Shown here: piece by piece, positions 1 through 8,894 of the stretch | Position numbering within the stretch: position 1 is the first letter of the stretch | How the letters are laid out: every line of letters starts with the position of its first letter | Source of the DNA: a virus | Length of the DNA: 64,000 nt | Virus record (IMG/VR): IMGVR_UViG_3300007735_000801 | Reading direction: 5' to 3' (one strand) | The notes under the pieces: model-generated | The model's database searches: none | What the model was told of the DNA's origin: nothing | What the model saw: the letters and a program-made list of their open reading frames with translations, nothing else | Position numbers and translations under genes: made by a program

Positions 1-24
1 TAATCTCGATTTCTATGGTGTCAA
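1..24 (-). promoter_or_regulatory. sigma70-type early promoter (-35 TTGACA at 19-24; -10 cut by window edge)
   Basis: Minus strand reads TTGACA-CCATAGAAATCGAGAT-TA..., same spacer signature (AAATCG) as the other early promoters. Confidence 0.7.
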
Positions 25-40
25 GTGGTAAATCAAATAA

Positions 41-229
41 TTATAAAATTTCTTCAACTTCGTCTAGCCAACATTCGTTGTTAAATGACAGATTAGAAGT
101 TAATTGCTTGGTCTGATCTGTTACTTCGGCAACGATCCATTCGTTGTCATCTTCAGGGTTTGCATCACATTCAATGATGATATGAAGTCTGATTTTCTTT
201 GGTATATTATTATTTGGTGTATTGTTCAT
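41..229 (-). CDS. hypothetical protein
   Basis: ORF in a compact operon; ATG at 229 overlaps the upstream stop (ATGA). Confidence 0.6.
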   Translation of the reverse strand: MNNTPNNNIPKKIRLHIIIECDANPEDDNEWIVAEVTDQTKQLTSNLSFNNECWLDEVEEIL

Positions 230-459
230 ATTGTAGTCCACGGATATGCCCATTTTTGCAATTCGATTTGTTCAGCCACAAACAGTTTAAGTTTGCGTGT
301 GCTTACCAATAGTGTGCCTCTGTTGTGATGAGTGAGTTTGTACATCCTCACCTTTTTGCCATTCGGCGTTGAGAACATAATAACAGATTTTATTTTCAAG
401 AATTTCCATCCTTGCTGTTCAAGCAATGTCCTGCATAATTTCACACTAAGTTCAGTCAT
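226..459 (-). CDS. hypothetical protein
   Basis: 77 aa ORF overlapping its neighbours in the operon. Confidence 0.6.
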   Translation of the reverse strand: MTELSVKLCRTLLEQQGWKFLKIKSVIMFSTPNGKKVRMYKLTHHNRGTLLVSTRKLKLFVAEQIELQKWAYPWTTI

Positions 460-982
460 GTTCTAGACTCCTAAGAAAATCATTGAACTCCATGTCAGAC
501 TCCATCTTCGCAAAGTGTTCTTTGTGCGAGTCTGCGAAATTGGTTGCGGCATCAACGCCCAGTCTGTCAAGATAAACTTCCAATAGTTTGGGCAACAACT
601 TGATTCCCTGATCTGTCATCTTAGCACCTTTGGCATAATTCTCGGCTTCTGAAATAACTTGCCAGTTCACAGGATGATCCAAGCCGCCACGCACAATGGG
701 AATAATGTGATCTAGGTGATACTTTACTCCAGTCATCTCTTGGAGTTTAACACACAAATTTGCAAGTTCGTTTCGATATGCTTTTTCTTCAGAAGTTAAT
801 ACAATAATCATTTTGCTTCTCCTAATTGCGTTTGCTTTGCTTTTCCATGTTCTAACCTTGACAGGATTTGCCCTGCGATACTCCGCAGAACGATTCAATG
901 TTATCTGTTTATTTTTTAAGTACCATTTTCTACTTTGAATAGCATGGTATTCTTTATTTTTTTGTGGATCAGCGTATGTCAT
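452..982 (-). CDS. HNH endonuclease
   Basis: YHLDHIIPIVRGGLDHPVNWQVISEAENYAKG is an HNH motif; basic N-terminal helix. Confidence 0.85.
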   Translation of the reverse strand: MTYADPQKNKEYHAIQSRKWYLKNKQITLNRSAEYRRANPVKVRTWKSKANAIRRSKMIIVLTSEEKAYRNELANLCVKLQEMTGVKYHLDHIIPIVRGGLDHPVNWQVISEAENYAKGAKMTDQGIKLLPKLLEVYLDRLGVDAATNFADSHKEHFAKMESDMEFNDFLRSLEHD

Positions 983-1203
983 TGGATCATGTTCTCCGCT
1001 TTGTATACAATACCAACCAAGAACTTAGCCGCATCACAGGCGGCAATGAATTGCAGTTGATTATACTCCTTTAGATTCCGTGCATTATCCTTTGCCTGTG
1101 CAATAGCCGCCGACTCTTGTGCTTCAATGATTGCAAGAGTCTTGTTGCGAGCATTACGCAATTTGGTGAATTGATCATCTAAAACGCCATCATACTCTTT
1201 CAT
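979..1203 (-). CDS. hypothetical protein
   Basis: Coupled ORF in the minus-strand operon. Confidence 0.6.
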   Translation of the reverse strand: MKEYDGVLDDQFTKLRNARNKTLAIIEAQESAAIAQAKDNARNLKEYNQLQFIAACDAAKFLVGIVYKAENMIQ

Positions 1204-1400
1204 TATGCAATCTCCTGTAATTCTTTGTTTGTTATCTCTAGTTGTTCACACTTGCCACCGATCCATGCCATGCCGATCAGGTTCTTGAATGCTTCGACTG
1301 TGATGTCGATGCGATCTTTGGTGTGTTCGGGTGGTGTAAGCACGATGCCGATGTTTACGATGAAATCCTCAGACATGGTTGTTGGTTTTGTGTCGCTCAT
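1203..1400 (-). CDS. hypothetical protein
   Basis: Coupled ORF (start/stop overlaps). Confidence 0.6.
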   Translation of the reverse strand: MSDTKPTTMSEDFIVNIGIVLTPPEHTKDRIDITVEAFKNLIGMAWIGGKCEQLEITNKELQEIA

Positions 1401-1786
1401 GATGTGATTATAGACTCGATTTGTTGTGCTGTCAAGCGATAAAACGAATCTTTCTTGGAATTAACAGAATATATTTCCACAGTAGACGGCACTTTATCAC
1501 GCACCACTTCTGCTGAGAATACGGTTTCATTACGGATTGTATCATAGATGTTGGCTTCGCCTGTTGGCAAACCATTGCGTAACATATTGACTGCCATCTT
1601 GGTTGCCCATTTCTCTGCCTCTGCTCGTGTCGCAAAGGTTTCGTGTGCCTCCAATTCCTCTGCGTCATCGCTGAATGGATTGCAGTATGTGCCTTCATAG
1701 CGTGTTGGTGCGACTGGGTTTCGACGATTTTGTGTTTGATTGCTCATGCTAGTTAAACGATTTGGTTTGGAGTTTGTGACAGCCAT
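1397..1786 (-). CDS. hypothetical protein
   Basis: 129 aa ORF (start may be at the internal MSNQ). Confidence 0.65.
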   Translation of the reverse strand: MAVTNSKPNRLTSMSNQTQNRRNPVAPTRYEGTYCNPFSDDAEELEAHETFATRAEAEKWATKMAVNMLRNGLPTGEANIYDTIRNETVFSAEVVRDKVPSTVEIYSVNSKKDSFYRLTAQQIESIITS

Positions 1787-1789
1787 TTT

Positions 1790-2179
1790 CTATAATTTGG
1801 AAATCTTGTACCAATTCGCCATGAGAATGGTGAAAGAATCTTTCTGTGTCTTGCAGTATTGTGTGAAATGCTGAATACCATCCGTACTGTAAAGATCAAG
1901 TTTAAGTTTCTTGTAATCTTCCCATGATATGATCCAGTATTTTCCTTTATGGTACTGCATGATTCCCTTAAATACAGTTTCATGAGTTAAGAAGTATTTG
2001 TGAGTGTCAGGTTTTTGTTTGTTGTGAACAATAACCCAACGCACACATTTACCATCACGCCTGACAAGTTGACGAAGGAATACTTTATGTTTTCCGTGTT
2101 CAAATTTTCCTGTCATCAGACAGATTAGAGAGCCAAATTGTTCGTATATTTTAGGAGATTTCATTTTAATTTCTTCCAA
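1790..2179 (-). CDS. hypothetical protein
   Basis: 129 aa basic ORF in the operon. Confidence 0.6.
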   Translation of the reverse strand: MEEIKMKSPKIYEQFGSLICLMTGKFEHGKHKVFLRQLVRRDGKCVRWVIVHNKQKPDTHKYFLTHETVFKGIMQYHKGKYWIISWEDYKKLKLDLYSTDGIQHFTQYCKTQKDSFTILMANWYKISKL

Positions 2180-2489
2180 AAATCTTATTAAGAAGATCGG
2201 CTTGTTTTAAGATTTCGTGATTTTGTATCATATTAAAATACTGACGCACACATTCTGTTTGATTCTTGCCAACGGCAATTCCAATTTGTTTATCATCGTA
2301 CATTACAGGAGAATGATATTTACTTCCTGACTTGTACATTCCGTGTATTTTGCAGGGAGTTACCCAATTATTAGGTGTTACCATTTTCCAACGCCACATG
2401 GTTGGAGATACTTTTTGTGTTTCCAGCCACTTCACGCAAGAGAATGGGGACTCTCCTTCTAATACGGTTCTACGCCATCGATCTTTCAT
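2166..2489 (-). CDS. hypothetical protein, K-x-S-x-T-x-W-x-W paralogue family
   Basis: KVSPTMWRW motif shared with adjacent ORFs. Confidence 0.65.
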   Translation of the reverse strand: MKDRWRRTVLEGESPFSCVKWLETQKVSPTMWRWKMVTPNNWVTPCKIHGMYKSGSKYHSPVMYDDKQIGIAVGKNQTECVRQYFNMIQNHEILKQADLLNKIFGRN

Positions 2490-2806
2490 AGTGTAACTTT
2501 CTCCTGATGCTTGTAGTATTCAACCACTCGCATCACAGTATCGTGTATCGTCTTGCCGCCGATTGGTTCTTGTCTTGTATCATGTCCAAAAGTATTCCAC
2601 AGATTAGGAATTGATACTATATACGAACACTTCAAAGCATTTGGTTTGGGGCATTTCACCATTGTGCCGCTGAATGTATATGATCTAGCACTTTCTCCAA
2701 TTTCGTATTCGTCATAAATCCACTCCCATTCTGTTGCGGATAACTTGCAAATTGATATAAAGTATACTCCAGTAGTAGTGCCATGTTTTTTTGATCTCCA
2801 TTTCAT
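2486..2806 (-). CDS. hypothetical protein, tandem paralogue of 2803-3117
   Basis: MKWRSKKH..GVYFISICKLSATEWEWIYDEY..TIHDTVMR; RBS AGGAG and ATGA overlap. Confidence 0.75.
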   Translation of the reverse strand: MKWRSKKHGTTTGVYFISICKLSATEWEWIYDEYEIGESARSYTFSGTMVKCPKPNALKCSYIVSIPNLWNTFGHDTRQEPIGGKTIHDTVMRVVEYYKHQEKVTL

Positions 2807-3117
2807 AGTGTTGCTTTCTCCTCTTGCTTTTGCCAATTCACAAATCGCATCACAGTTTCGTGTATCGTCATACCTCCGAACATAAGGTCGGGTGTGTCCT
2901 CTCCAAAAGTTTTTACAGGATTAGGAATTGTGATTATGTGAGTGACACAATCAGATATTCTTGGATATTTCTTGATTGTGCCTTTTGCAGAAAATGTGCC
3001 ACCTTCAGAATCGTATTCGTTATATTGCCACTCCCATTCTGTTGGGGATAACTTGAGAATTGCTACAAAGTATACACCTTTATCAGTTGCGTGTTTTTTT
3101 GCTCTCCAATTACTCAT
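2803..3117 (-). CDS. hypothetical protein, tandem paralogue of 2486-2806
   Basis: MSNWRAKKH..GVYFVAILKLSPTEWEWQYNEY..TIHETVMR. Confidence 0.75.
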   Translation of the reverse strand: MSNWRAKKHATDKGVYFVAILKLSPTEWEWQYNEYDSEGGTFSAKGTIKKYPRISDCVTHIITIPNPVKTFGEDTPDLMFGGMTIHETVMRFVNWQKQEEKATL

Positions 3118-3215
3118 TTGATGCAGTTCCTTATAATGTACAGCCAAAAACAAAATCCTAGACTCCAAACAATTACTCTGCCAACCACCACGATCCAGTC
3201 GTATTTGTCTTTCAT
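3114..3215 (-). CDS. small membrane peptide
   Basis: MKDKYDWIVVVGRVIVWSLGFCFWLYIIRNCIK, ATGA-coupled on both sides. Confidence 0.5.
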   Translation of the reverse strand: MKDKYDWIVVVGRVIVWSLGFCFWLYIIRNCIK

Positions 3216-3466
3216 ATTTCTATCCCATATCTTAAATCCATAAACCGTTGAACCACACGGAACTGCGTTTCTTCTACCACAGTTCCAATACCCCAGTTTG
3301 GAGTACGACTGCGTATCTCGTAATAGTGTGGACTGAACTTTTCCATTGTGTTCGCATGAAACACACCGTTGTGGAGGAATACTGTCCATTGCCAACTTGT
3401 CCTGCTGATCTTCACAATCCGCAGAGTGCCGCCCTTTACTTTGATTTCTCGTGAGTATTGTTTCAT
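3212..3466 (-). CDS. hypothetical protein (probably leaderless), paralogue family
   Basis: ATG 6 nt after the TACAAT -10 box; KISRTSWQW motif. Confidence 0.65.
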   Translation of the reverse strand: MKQYSREIKVKGGTLRIVKISRTSWQWTVFLHNGVFHANTMEKFSPHYYEIRSRTPNWGIGTVVEETQFRVVQRFMDLRYGIEI

Positions 3467-3472
3467 GGTGTG

Positions 3473-3501
3473 ATTGTATAGTGAAAGGTTTATCGTGTCA
3501 A
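3473..3501 (-). promoter_or_regulatory. sigma70-type promoter TTGACA-N17-TACAAT
   Basis: Near-consensus hexamers with an AT-rich upstream tract. Confidence 0.8.
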
Positions 3502-3709
3502 GTGGAAAACCAAATAAATTTAATAATTTTAATCTAATAGTTCGGGTGCAATAATCATCATTCCGACCAACAGAATGATACAGACTACGACGATGGCGGC
3601 AATCAATATCATGTTCCGTCCTCGTAGAAGATGGCATTCAGGATGAAAGACAAGCATCCCAACGCAAGGTAGGCAACCACAACCCAACACATAAACTTAT
3701 ACGCTAACT

Positions 3710-4132
3710 CTAACATAATACTTTCTCCTGTAATCCTAAACTTATTTTCTGATCCAACACATTGTGTTTCATCCAACGACTCCTGACAATATATCTGATT
3801 ACAGTAGGAACTAGACGCTTGCCCTTTGTGCCACACTCTGTGTCGAGCATGATCCAGTCCCTTTCCGTACCAATACAGCCCCACAACTCCTTGATGGTGT
3901 AGCGATTAGTATAGAATCTGCCTTCTTCTGCCATATCCATGATGTCAACATACCAAACGCCATCTTGCAGAACGGCATGACCACGATAGAAGGTGTAGTC
4001 CCATACGCCATACTCATCAGGTTGCTCTGCCTTTTCCTGATAAGTCCATTGCCACAGCGCATCATGGTGTTTCACACGATTGGCTTGAAATTCATCGCCA
4101 CACTTCAGAGTCTTTATGATACGGTCTTTCAT
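3710..4132 (-). CDS. hypothetical protein
   Basis: 140 aa ORF with RBS AAGGA; WQWTY motif weakly resembles the paralogue family. Confidence 0.65.
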   Translation of the reverse strand: MKDRIIKTLKCGDEFQANRVKHHDALWQWTYQEKAEQPDEYGVWDYTFYRGHAVLQDGVWYVDIMDMAEEGRFYTNRYTIKELWGCIGTERDWIMLDTECGTKGKRLVPTVIRYIVRSRWMKHNVLDQKISLGLQEKVLC

Positions 4133-4138
4133 AATAAT

Positions 4139-4387
4139 TTAATCCTTTCGTTTCTTGCCATGCTTCTTTCTGTTGTAACACGCTGAATGGTATCTCCAAC
4201 ATCCACCACTATTTTCCACAGAGATTTCCGTGTCAATATAGATTTGTTTGCCGCATTCGTCGCACTCGTATCCTGCACATTCGGCGCAAGCCCATCCGTC
4301 ATCGCTTGGAATACGATTCACGAACTTGCCGTAGGGAAATGCGGTACTTGATCCGCAATGCACACATGGGTCGATTGTGTTGCTCAT
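4139..4387 (-). CDS. small zinc-finger protein
   Basis: CxxC (CVHC, CAEC, CDEC) and HxxC motifs. Confidence 0.65.
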   Translation of the reverse strand: MSNTIDPCVHCGSSTAFPYGKFVNRIPSDDGWACAECAGYECDECGKQIYIDTEISVENSGGCWRYHSACYNRKKHGKKRKD

Positions 4388-4758
4388 GTTGGCTCTTTGT
4401 AGTCTGTTATGATGTCTGATATGGTAAGTTGTCGTTTTATATCTTCCACGGCTTCACTCGGAGTCATGCCGTGTCCGACCATGCCTTCAATTTTGCCTAC
4501 AGAGTACGCTTCACGCTTACGCCTAGCAATGTAGGACACACTCTGTCGAACACGATAATAATCGCCAAGTCCTTGATCGGTACATTGCTCCACTTCCCAA
4601 CGGAGTCGATTCACCGCACTTTCTTCGGTTGTGCCGTGTCCGACTAGATCATCATGCTCTAAAGACTCGGCAAGGAATGTGGTAACCTTTACGATATCAA
4701 AACCGTAGGTGTCGCTGAACACATTGTCATCGGGGTATGGGTAAGATTTGTCGATCAC
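4384..4758 (-). CDS. protein with two HicB-N-like (G-x-G-x-T-x-x-[ES]-A) repeats
   Basis: LVGHGTTEESAVNRL and MVGHGMTPSEAVEDI; GTG start at 4758 with GGAGG RBS. Confidence 0.55.
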   Translation of the reverse strand: MIDKSYPYPDDNVFSDTYGFDIVKVTTFLAESLEHDDLVGHGTTEESAVNRLRWEVEQCTDQGLGDYYRVRQSVSYIARRKREAYSVGKIEGMVGHGMTPSEAVEDIKRQLTISDIITDYKEPT

Positions 4759-4922
4759 TTGAATGCCTCCGATAACTGAATGTACTTCCATTCTTCGCCG
4801 TCGAGTCTGTCGTGCCAACACACTTCCTCTACGGCTTGCTCTGTGGGGTAGGCAGAGTGGGGTTGCCATTCACCCCAAATACGACTCTCCTCATCCAATC
4901 TGCGAACTAATAATAAAAACAT
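4755..4922 (-). CDS. small acidic hypothetical protein (55 aa, not in the ORF track)
   Basis: MFLLLVRRLDEESRIWGEWQPH...LSEAFK; TAATG and GTGA overlaps with neighbours. Confidence 0.5.
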   Translation of the reverse strand: MFLLLVRRLDEESRIWGEWQPHSAYPTEQAVEEVCWHDRLDGEEWKYIQLSEAFK

Positions 4923-5221
4923 TATTTGCCACCTTTCTCTGTAAGTTGTCGATTAAGATCATGCAATGCACCTTCACGAGTATCTCCACGACCTACGCAG
5001 TCGTTCTCTCCGTCTTGGAATGCTGAGAATACGGTGACTGGCTTGACCCGAACTACGCAGTCCTGCCATACGATAGGGTCTGTGACATTGCGATTCCATT
5101 GCCTGACGGCTTCACGCAGGTTGGCTTCGGCTTCAAACGAAGTGCCGCCTGTGCCAACCAAGCCATCCTCTTGTCGTGCTTCAAAACCGATGTGTTGGGT
5201 GATGTGTTGTGTGATTTCCAT
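4922..5221 (-). CDS. protein with two HicB-N-like repeats
   Basis: LVGTGGTSFEAEANL and CVGRGDTREGALHDL. Confidence 0.55.
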   Translation of the reverse strand: MEITQHITQHIGFEARQEDGLVGTGGTSFEAEANLREAVRQWNRNVTDPIVWQDCVVRVKPVTVFSAFQDGENDCVGRGDTREGALHDLNRQLTEKGGK

Positions 5222-5269
5222 GATGTGTAAACGCTTTCTTGGTTAGGGTGTGACAGAATAAAAAGAAAA

Positions 5270-5719
5270 TTATCGGTTTTGCTCGTAAGAGTTGTGGTGA
5301 AGGTGAAGTTCGGTGCGCCAATCATAGGTGGCAGGATCATTACCGTCCCAATGACCATCATTAACAGTAACACCACAGCGACGATCCATGAGTCGTGCTT
5401 CCTGTTGGGCTTCACTCCCATCATAGGGATTAACACCATAAAAGTCTGCAAGGCGGCGTGTGGACTCCTCTTGATTCAGGATCATGGTGTCAGCCTCTAC
5501 CTCTGCCACCGCAGTCCACATGAGGCGGCAACAAGCCATGTCTAATTCGTCGGTAAACCAATAGAGTACATCACGAAACAGGCGATCTGTGCCAAAGCGG
5601 AATACCGCTTTACAGTATCCGTCACCATCATGTCCTGCTGAGTGCAGGGGACGAAGGCGAGCATTGCGACTGGCAAAGGTCTGGGCGAAGTCAGCGTACT
5701 GTGCGAGTGTTGGAGTCAT
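5270..5719 (-). CDS. hypothetical protein (first gene after a cassette promoter)
   Basis: RBS AAGGATAC, 5' hairpin and promoter directly upstream. Confidence 0.75.
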   Translation of the reverse strand: MTPTLAQYADFAQTFASRNARLRPLHSAGHDGDGYCKAVFRFGTDRLFRDVLYWFTDELDMACCRLMWTAVAEVEADTMILNQEESTRRLADFYGVNPYDGSEAQQEARLMDRRCGVTVNDGHWDGNDPATYDWRTELHLHHNSYEQNR

Positions 5720-5747
5720 TGGGTATCCTTGAGTGGGGTGCGATTTT

Positions 5748-5798
5748 GGCGAACATTCGCCGTTTTGAGCATCTTAACCTCGATTTTCACGGTGTCAA
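5748..5798 (-). promoter_or_regulatory. cassette promoter TTGACA-N16-TAAGAT plus 5' hairpin
   Basis: -35 at 5793-5798, -10 at 5771-5776, hairpin GGCGAA-TG-TTCGCC. Confidence 0.8.
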
Positions 5799-6102
5799 AT
5801 GGTAATTGAAGATTTTTAAAAGATTTTTATCGTGTCAGATAGGAAATAGTGGGGCGAAATGGGGCGAAGTGGGGCTGGGATAGGATATGTGGAGTTTTAG
5901 CGTAAAACAGGGGTAAGAGTCTGTGCCTCAACTCGCATCCCCCAACAGCCCTCTCAGAGGCTCTCAGATGCCCTAGGAACTGTCCGTAGCCTTTTTCCCG
6001 CCATCAGCACCCCCCAAGCGTGGACAACGCCCTGCGGCTTTAGATACGCTCTGCCACGATCTGAGGAATCTGAGGAATCTGTGAAATTATTTAATTTTTC
6101 TC

Positions 6103-6130
6103 TTGACTTCTCCGAAATCGGTGGTATACT
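6103..6130 (+). promoter_or_regulatory. plus-strand promoter TTGACT-N16-TATACT, convergent with the array
   Basis: Near-consensus hexamers, AAATCG in the spacer, AT-rich upstream tract; no ORF downstream. Confidence 0.7.
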
Positions 6131-6244
6131 TGGAGCAGACGCAGAGGTGCTACGGCTGTCCTCTGAGCGCACCGAGTTATGGGCGGCTGTGGCGTTGGGT
6201 GGCAACTATCAACAGGCGAGTCCGATAACTGGAATAATAATAAA

Positions 6245-6472
6245 ATAATAAAGCCTCATTCGGTGGCTCTAAGTCAGAGTCGAATGAGGCTCATGGCAGG
6301 GTGTGGCAGACACCTTGCCTGAACTGGGATTTATACCCCGCCTGACACTTTTCCCCCTGTTGAGGGTACTAGGCGAACAACGCAGGGTGAACAGGTGTTG
6401 CTGACACCCATGACAGAGCAGATAGGTGTTGTTTATAAGCACTCACCTACAAGGTTTTTGTATTCGTGTCAT
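6245..6472 (-). ncRNA. candidate structured non-coding RNA (about 225 nt)
   Basis: Lies between a consensus promoter (6479-6506) and a terminator (6252-6291); only a 9-codon ORF; several complementary stems. Confidence 0.6.
6252..6291 (-). terminator. intrinsic terminator
   Basis: AGCCTCATTCG...CGAATGAGGCT stem followed by a T-rich tail on the minus strand. Confidence 0.75.
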
Positions 6473-6478
6473 GCCCCT

Positions 6479-6506
6479 ATTATACAGCCGATTTCCACCG
6501 TGTCAA
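6479..6506 (-). promoter_or_regulatory. promoter TTGACA-N16-TATAAT
   Basis: Perfect consensus hexamers. Confidence 0.9.
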
Positions 6507-6682
6507 GTGGAAAATTAAATTATTATTGTGCAGTCCGATAACTTAGCCGTCCCATAACACCCCCTGCAACTATCAACTGGCGACGCAAAGTCCGATAACT
6601 TGCGGCGAAATAATAATAAATAAAAAACCCCCCTGCCGTTTTACGGGCAGAGGGGTCAGACCTTTCAAAGATCGTCAGGGGA

Positions 6683-7660
6683 TCAGGCGTTCACCGCCAT
6701 CCACGCTTCAGCCTGAGCGTAGGCTTTCTCCTTGATGGTCGAGCCGACCCCGAACAGGTTCGACTCCAAACGCAGGGAGTCATTGCTGTCCTCACCCTTC
6801 ACAGTACGCTCATGATCCACCCATTGGGTGATCGCATTCACAGCCGACCACAGGCTACCCGCAGACCGCATACCTGTCTGCTTTGTGTCAACCCAAAGGT
6901 TGGTACGCCACGCATCCAACACCTGCTCGTAGCGAGTATTGCCACGCCCTGATGCCTTTGGAGTTCCGTTCATGGAGTTATACACCTCCTGAAAGAACAC
7001 ATCCGCACTAGCCGTAGTCACTTCACGCTGTGCCAAACTGTTGCAGAACTTAGTGAAAGACTCAGCCTGTCCCATTCCTGCTTCAACCCATTCCTTGATC
7101 ATGCCAAACCGTGCTTTCGAGCCTGATCCGTGACGAATGGATGCCGAGTCAGCCTTGCCCTTCATACCCGCCAAAGCCATCATGAAAGTGTTCATGCAGA
7201 CAATGCGTTGAGCATTCAAGCCAAGTGTGGTAGCCCAACTCGTATCATGGCTAGTACCAATAAAAAAGTTATTATTAACCACATCACGAGGATCGCCGCC
7301 AATGTTCACCTGACCCAAGTCAACTTGGAAGAAGACTCGTTTGCCATTGTTGATTGAACCCACTTGGGTGCAACTAGTACCGCTGAAGTTAGTGATCTCA
7401 TAGCAGAGATCAGCCAACTCATGGTTCTGAATGGAAGTGTAGCCTTCCTTTGCAACAGCAAACACAAAGCCTGTGTCCTCACGCACAATCGCCCTGTAGT
7501 CACCGCCTGAGTACGCCGCACCGTCAGCACCGCAAGCCACGATAGGCAAGGTGGAAACCTTCCAATCCAAACCTGCCTTCCGCATCATGGAAATCGGGTC
7601 AGCCGTCAAGTTAGCCTTGTCAGCATCAGTAGCATTGTAAAGTTGAATCGTAGAAGCCAT
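6683..7660 (-). CDS. DUF932 family (phage/plasmid-like) protein
   Basis: AGLDWKV, AIVREDTG, YTSIQN, TSHD, RIVCMNT, IRH and GSLWSAVNAITQWVDH motifs. Confidence 0.85.
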   Translation of the reverse strand: MASTIQLYNATDADKANLTADPISMMRKAGLDWKVSTLPIVACGADGAAYSGGDYRAIVREDTGFVFAVAKEGYTSIQNHELADLCYEITNFSGTSCTQVGSINNGKRVFFQVDLGQVNIGGDPRDVVNNNFFIGTSHDTSWATTLGLNAQRIVCMNTFMMALAGMKGKADSASIRHGSGSKARFGMIKEWVEAGMGQAESFTKFCNSLAQREVTTASADVFFQEVYNSMNGTPKASGRGNTRYEQVLDAWRTNLWVDTKQTGMRSAGSLWSAVNAITQWVDHERTVKGEDSNDSLRLESNLFGVGSTIKEKAYAQAEAWMAVNA

Positions 7661-7691
7661 TCGAGTATCTCCTGAAAGAGTTAGTGAGAAT

Positions 7692-7749
7692 TGTCAGCAG
7701 GAACTTCCTGCCGACACGCCGATTGTACGCTCAATTTGCACGGTGTCAA
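7692..7749 (-). promoter_or_regulatory. cassette promoter TTGACA-N16-TACAAT plus 5' hairpin
   Basis: -35 at 7744-7749, -10 at 7722-7727, hairpin 7692-7716. Confidence 0.85.
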
Positions 7750-7941
7750 ATTGAATTTGCAATTTTTTAAAATATTTTTATATCCTTTATATCGGCGCAA
7801 GATAGAGTCCGATAACATAGCCGAGTCCGATAACCCCTGCGACTATCAACACGCCGCCCCCTGAGTCCGATAACTCAGGGACGGCAAAAACCCCCCTGCC
7901 CTGTTGGGGGCAGAGGGGGCTGTCACACCCGTGATTGGTGT

Positions 7942-8424
7942 TTACTTCTTCATGTACTCCGTGATGTAGCCGCTGATCGTTCCGTCACCGTTCACAATGC
8001 CCTTGCCATAGGCTTCGATCAGCCACGCCATCGCCTCAGCAATCTTGTTCAACTGCTTCACATTCAGCGTGTCCATGAACTCCTTCGCCGCCCACCCTGT
8101 CATTTCGTCACCGCTATGGCTGAACACAACCAACTTCATACCAATATGCGACGAATAGAACTCAGGGAAAATCTCCATCGAGATGTTCTCAGGAGAGCCT
8201 TCGAATGTCTTGCCGAACAACTCGTTGTCAGGATCACAGGCGAACTTAAACCCATCCTGATTAGCGTTGTCCTTCAAGAGTAACACTTCGCCAACCTCAT
8301 CGCCAATGAATCCGTCCAACCCTGCGTTGGCAGGGGCTTCAAGCATATTCACCACATGGTTGTACATTCGTGAAGCGATTGACTTCTTGTTTGCCATAGT
8401 ATTGATGTCTGTGAGTGAGAACAT
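7942..8424 (-). CDS. hypothetical cassette protein
   Basis: RBS AAAGG, own promoter, terminator near 7887-7919. Confidence 0.8.
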   Translation of the reverse strand: MFSLTDINTMANKKSIASRMYNHVVNMLEAPANAGLDGFIGDEVGEVLLLKDNANQDGFKFACDPDNELFGKTFEGSPENISMEIFPEFYSSHIGMKLVVFSHSGDEMTGWAAKEFMDTLNVKQLNKIAEAMAWLIEAYGKGIVNGDGTISGYITEYMKK

Positions 8425-8452
8425 GAGTAGCCTTTCTGAAAGAGTTGAGTGA

Positions 8453-8505
8453 GTGTCAGCACCTTGCCGACACCGTCATTATGGGGTCGATTTTCACCGT
8501 GTCAA
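8453..8505 (-). promoter_or_regulatory. cassette promoter TTGACA-N16-CATAAT plus 5' hairpin
   Basis: -35 at 8500-8505, -10 at 8478-8483. Confidence 0.8.
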
Positions 8506-8624
8506 GTAAAATATTAAATTATTTTTTTCTTTAAAGAAATCCGCAGAGTCCGATAACCACTGCGACTATCAACAACCGTCCCGCTCACCCAACAAGGGGA
8601 GCAGGAGCGGTTGCCCTCTTTAGA

Positions 8625-8894
8625 TTATTTGGCGAACAGTCTGCCGCTGATGCGTTGCCGCCTACGCTCAGCCGCCTCCTCAGGCGTACCCTTGCTGTCC
8701 TCGATCTGAATGCGAACATCACGCAACTGACGCTCCAAGTACTCCACCTGTTCACCCAACTCACGCCGAACCGATGCTCCGAAACTTCCCTCCTCAGCCA
8801 TAGCGTCATAGGGAACATTCGCAAGGTCATCCAAGCGAGTCAGACAATCCTTGAGTGTATTCTCAAGCCACCCCAACCTGACTAACAGATTCAC
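8625..8894 (-). CDS. hypothetical coiled-coil protein
   Basis: GTG start overlapping the upstream stop (GTGA). Confidence 0.65.
   Translation of the reverse strand: MNLLVRLGWLENTLKDCLTRLDDLANVPYDAMAEEGSFGASVRRELGEQVEYLERQLRDVRIQIEDSKGTPEEAAERRRQRISGRLFAK

Noticed and set aside
5954-6205. 83-aa ORF in the ORF track
   Set aside because: No RBS or cassette promoter; it overlaps repeats and a plus-strand promoter, so it is probably spurious
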